A DNA stretch of 64,000 nucleotides from Callorhinchus milii (lineage: Eukaryota), in assembly GCF_018977255.1 (NCBI RefSeq), contig NW_024704756.1, positions 17,670,001 through 17,734,000 of the forward strand. The letters are read 5' to 3'. Below the pieces are notes generated by a model. It was not told the origin of the DNA, did not search any database, and saw nothing but the letters and a program-made list of their open reading frames with translations. Shown in pieces: positions 59,421 through 64,000 of the stretch (positions are counted from its first letter, which is position 1; each line of letters opens with the position of its first letter). Both the position numbers and the translations under genes were made by a program.

Positions 59421-61784
59421 TTTCTTATTTTTGCATCAATCTCAAAATGTTTTCAGTTCAAAGGCAGATACCACATGGGTTAAGGAGCAAATCTTCAGCC
59501 AGCCCAGCACACACAGCAATGAACGCTTCAAAATACACGGAAATTAAGTGACTAGAATATGTAAAGTAAATGGCATGGTAACTGATGTCTTCATTCAATG
59601 CATGTTTTGGGGCACAGCATCCAGTACTTCAAACTGATGGGAATATTTTATAGAGCTATATTCTGCAATCGATGCATCTATGAACCAGATTCTCAAATAC
59701 TATTGTGGGTACAGTGATGGGGGTAAAAAAAATCAATTCTGTACAATTCAATCACAGCTTCTTTTATATGTGTGAGTGTCAGGAGCTAAAGTCACTGCAG
59801 TCTCTGGTTACGAGAAGCATCCTGGTCATGGTTTGAGAAGGTATCTGCTCCCAGACCCTTGTTAGCACGGATTATCTGCTACTGAGATAACAAGAGAGAA
59901 AACTCATAGGAACATATTCTTTATTCATGCTTTTCACTATTGTATGCCAACAAGAACCAAGGCCCAACAAAGACCTGTAGCAATGATGTAGCTGTATCTT
60001 AGCTACTGTTATTATAAATTGGCAATCAACTCTGTTCAAAACATTTGTTTTCACTTCTTTGGTATTGTGTACTTGAGTTAATTCAATAATAATTTAGTAC
60101 ATTGCACATATCTGCTCACACCTGCATTTACTGTACAACAATCCAATACTACAGATATGCTTTACCAACTTCTGTTTGGGTATGTTCCCATGTGCGTGGT
60201 TACCGTGTTCCACCAGTGATTGGGAAAAGTGGCTGAATAAATCTTGATTTGCTTGGGGATGTTGGTCACTTGCTGCTGTATCAATTGTTTTATGTCTTCT
60301 TCCCCCCAACTCCTACCTGGAGTTTCAGCACCAGCTTTATACCAATGATGTAGCTGTGATACTGCCTGCAGTACATGACTTACCCTGATGCCATTTGTTT
60401 CCTACGTCTGCAGCAACACAGGAACAAACGTTAAGGCCTTTCTTAGCCTGATAATTGGGGGCTGATCGTCTCCAAACCTGGAACTGCAGAGGAATTCCCG
60501 CTGCTGACAGATATTTCATGTTTTGTGTTACTTGCCCTTCATCACTTCAGATTCAATTTTCTGTGGATCAGGTTTGGGATTCCAAGTGCTAGAATATTGG
60601 GAGGAGAACTGATATTTTATTCCTGTTTATTTAAAAAAAAATCAGCTCTGAACATTAAAAAAAAACCTGTTTTAAATAAATCTGAGTTTGATTGTGGCAG
60701 CTTCCATTTAATTTACCAGGAAACCAAGAACTGGTTGAAAAAACACTTAAATGGTAAATAGTATTCATCAAGTGGCTAAAATACATGAACACAAAAAATG
60801 GAACCTTTTGTGGTTCTCCTTCAGTTTATCAATGTAACAAAAATTTGTAGCATGAACCTTGTTAGTGATTATTTACATCTAAATGTAGTTTAGAAATCCT
60901 GAGATCATTAATCTACATCACCACCTCAATGTTCTGTAACATTCCATGAGACTGGTTTCTTGTGGCAGCTGAGCCAACACCCACAATATTCTACAAACAG
61001 CCATTAATGAACAATTTTATTTTGAGAAACTTGTCCACGACACCAGGTATCGCCCTCTTTTTAAGAAGTGCCAAGTGATCTTTAAAGTCCACTTAAACCA
61101 GGACATGGGACCTCAGATCAACATCTCATCCAAAGTACAGCACCTCAGACAATGCAGCACTCCTGCAATATGAGCCTGGATACAGGGCTCAAACCAGCAA
61201 ACTGTTGGCTCAAAGGCAAGAGCCAGACTGACATAATAGCAACAATGCTTTTACAAATCAACATGAAAGTTATTTGTTAAATGAAAGGTTTGACTTTATT
61301 TCAAATATTGCAAATGCAACAGAGGTCAACAAAATTACATTCATAGAGCGCCTTTCACATCGGGAGGACGTCCCAAAGCGCTGAACAGAACATTTGCCTA
61401 TGTAAACAAGTCAAAAAAGGCAGTGAGAAAACAAGCAGCTGAAAATTTTTTGACCCCAAATTTGTTAAAATAACTTCCAAACATTTCCTTACAGTATGAT
61501 TTGAAAAAAAATTAATTGCAAATGTCCCAGTTGTTGTGCCAAATATGATGAGCCATTCTAACCAAACCATCTGTTACATATATCAGCCCATGTTGCACCT
61601 GCAGCTTTTAAACCTGTGAGCAATCTCAGATCTTCTCAGACATTCCCTCCACACAATTGGCAGTAAAATCAATGTGAATTTGGCGACTCAAATTACAGAT
61701 GTAAATGAATAATTTATAATAAATGCTGACTGGTGAGCCACTGTTGCTAAGCTGCAGAGATACAACGCCCAGCTCCTGGGTCAC

Positions 61785-61856
61785 TCACTCTTCAATAGGA
61801 AGTGCCCTTTTTTCGCTATCCATTCTGTCCAAAACATCTGTGTAGAGTCCCATCAT
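61785..61856 (-). CDS. TEX11: TEX11 last coding exon
   Basis: ttatag| MMGLYTDVLDRMDSEKRALPIEE*; phase 0, consistent with the preceding exon. Confidence 0.85.
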   Translation of the reverse strand: MMGLYTDVLDRMDSEKRALPIEE

Positions 61857-62436
61857 CTATAAACAGAATCAATTTATATTTGTCATCATTAATGAGCTAA
61901 GACCATTAAAATCTTTTTTTAAAAAACACAAAATAACTCAGGTATTTGGGGAAATTTTGAAGTCTATTTTTTGTGTCAGAGAATTGGGGGAAGTAGGAAA
62001 TTTGCGCTCTGAGACCCCGTCCGGTGTGGAGGGCGCTATATAAATCCAAGTTGTTGTTGTAATTACTCGGTTAAATTTGATGGAATCAGATTCAAATGTT
62101 ATTTTACTTGTGATACGTGAACAATGATTATTACACTGAGATTTGCCCAATCTAAGTTTCCACCACATGGCGCATTGCAGATTATCTTAAAAATAATGAA
62201 GGTTAAAAAGCTATATTCTTGCCTATAAACTCTTGTGGTTTTATATCAACACTTGATATTTAGTTCTGATCAAAGAACCAAACAGGAGGCGGAGAGGAGC
62301 TGAATCATGACTTTGAAATGCGTTAAAGATCCCTTTTCTATTATTATATTGGAATAGTGAAATGTAGAAGATAGTGAATAGGAAGGAAATGTGTAACATC
62401 CCCATTGACTCAGGACCGCTGTGAGACATTTCTTAC

Positions 62437-62604
62437 CTGAGCTTCATAGCTGTTCTTCAGCGATCCCAGATATTTAAGGAAGCGCATTCCAAGTCCACAC
62501 CAACGTTCTGCCTCAGAGTACTTCCCCAAACTGTACAAAGAAACACCAGTGTTCCAAGCTCGAGTCATCAACCATAGGATTTCCACCTCTGGATACTCTT
62601 CCTG
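62437..62604 (-). CDS. TEX11: TEX11 coding exon n-1
   Basis: NAGNAG acceptor (tag/cag; start 62604 or 62601); (Q)EEYPEVEILWLMTRAWNTGV...AERWCGLGMRFLKYLGSLKNSYEAQ |gtaaga; matches the TEX11 YPExEILWL..WNTG motif. Confidence 0.92.
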
Positions 62605-62984
62605 CTACATGGAACACAATTCGCCAGGAAAATAACAATTTTCCAGAATACGATTATAGTGTATAATTGAACATAATAACTGCATTAAAGTCTAATCTAA
62701 AGGGAAAGAGTAGATTGTGGGACGTGAGGTTGCCATGATACAAGAGACCTATCTAATATCAAAGGAACAGCAACCTGCCTGCGGAGACAGACACACTAAC
62801 TGCAAGTCATTCTGAGGCAAAGGTCTTTCAACTTGTTACAGGACAATTTGACAAGAAACTACAAACAGGGTTCAAAAAGATATAGTAATTTAGGTGAAAA
62901 TAGATGTTAAAAATGGCTTAATGGTTTATGTGTACATGCACACGGCCAAAAGCTGCATACATTCCCTTCACCCTCTCTCCTTTT

Positions 62985-63302
62985 GGAGTCCTGTAGCTCA
63001 GTGGTTAGAGCACTCGCTTTGCAAGCGAGAGACCTGAGTTCAATTCCAGACAGAGGGCGAAACCTTGGGCAAGTTTCCTTACTCCACACGTCTGATATTA
63101 ATCCCTCCAAAACAAAACAATAATAAATTGGTCATTTCAATCCACGGCTGTTTGTGGGACACTGCTGTGTGCAATTGGCGTCGCGTGTCGCCCACAAATA
63201 CACAGTCAATTCACCTTACAGTCTATTCTGTGAAGTGCTTTGAGATGTCAAGAAGATGTGAAAAGTGCTATATCAAGTGCAAGGATTATTATTATTATTA
63301 TT
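62985..63302 (+). mobile_element. Full-length SINE in a TEX11 intron
   Basis: Same head, core and (ATT)n tail as 542-863. Confidence 0.9.
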
Positions 63303-63323
63303 CTCATTTCTTCTTTTACCCAC

Positions 63324-63444
63324 CGTGCTATCTATAATGATCAGTGCTTCCTCACAGTAAGACCACACTTCCTCCAAGATCTGAGATTCAATGTCAGACA
63401 CTCCAGTGGGCAGTGATAGCTGGATAAGGCTGTGCAGACATTTG
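63324..63444 (-). CDS. TEX11: TEX11 coding exon n-2
   Basis: catag| KCLHSLIQLSLPTGVSDIESQILEEVWSYCEEALIIIDST |gtgggt; 121 nt. Confidence 0.85.
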
Positions 63445-63533
63445 CTATGAAAGAAAATAAAGATACTTATTCCAACTGCAGTATGAAAAGGCAATACAAA
63501 TGCAGCATCAATATTGCTTCAGTGGTTACTGAC

Positions 63534-63642
63534 CTGCACCGTGTTACATCAACATCAGGCTGCTTCTTTTGAAGGGACAGTGCAATCTTCAGGGCCTTCC
63601 TGCAGACTGACGGGTAGTGAGCAGGAGCTTCCATGGATAAAG
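63534..63642 (-). CDS. TEX11: TEX11 (ZIP4/SPO22 meiotic TPR protein) coding exon n-3
   Basis: Minus strand aag| (A)LSMEAPAHYPSVCRKALKIALSLQKKQPDVDVTRC(S) |gtcagt; 109 nt. Confidence 0.85.
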
Positions 63643-64000
63643 CTTTCGTGTGTAAGAAGATAAAAGACTATTATACAGTAGATGGGACTACTTGCTCTCA
63701 CATATCCTCAACCTCACATGGGGGGTATGTAAGCAGGGTGTCTTTGGAGCTGACCTGGCTCCAAGATGACATGCTTGGCAACTAGTTGCCTTTTGATACA
63801 TTTAGCCTGTCGGGTTCAGTGAGCTTCTCTGGTAATTTATTCCACATATTATCCTTTGTGGAAGCCCACTTCACCTAGACTCCCTTCTTACTCCCCCAGT
63901 GTTTTGAACATATATCAGTGAACAATCTCTCCGTATTAACACTGTCAAATTCCCCTTATAATCTACACAAAAATAAGTGACTTCTTTGGAAAATCTACTT

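Noticed and set aside
63720-64000. Further upstream TEX11 exon
   Set aside because: The minus strand resembles a decayed CR1 3' fragment and shows no TEX11-like frame; the gene continues outside the window.

Overview
Vertebrate genomic DNA; the repeat content suggests a cartilaginous fish, possibly a holocephalan (inference). Three spliced genes were reconstructed by hand from splice sites, exon phases and translation. (1) A RAB6-family GTPase, most likely RAB41 (+, ATG 7263), with two tandem mutually exclusive 106-nt exon-4 variants and a U12-like last donor; its terminal prenylation exon could not be found. (2) A complete DLG3/SAP102 gene (+, 18750-56212; 22 coding exons including alternative N-terminal and HOOK exons; 834 or 853 aa). 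(3) The last four coding exons of TEX11 (-, 63642 to 61785), convergent with DLG3. Non-coding DNA is rich in tRNA-derived Deu-type SINEs, L2, CR1-like and RTE LINE fragments and minisatellites, and there are two assembly gaps near 45.7-46.1 kb. The most unusual observations are: the missing RAB41 C-terminal exon; a ~310-bp inverted duplicate of RAB41 intron 1 inserted into an upstream SINE, so that inverted repeats bracket the RAB41 promoter and exon 1; a DLG3 PDZ3 splice acceptor whose upstream tract is a SINE tail; and a promoter-like island in DLG3 intron 10 that could drive a PDZ-less isoform. No database searches were possible; homology calls rest on recognised protein motifs.
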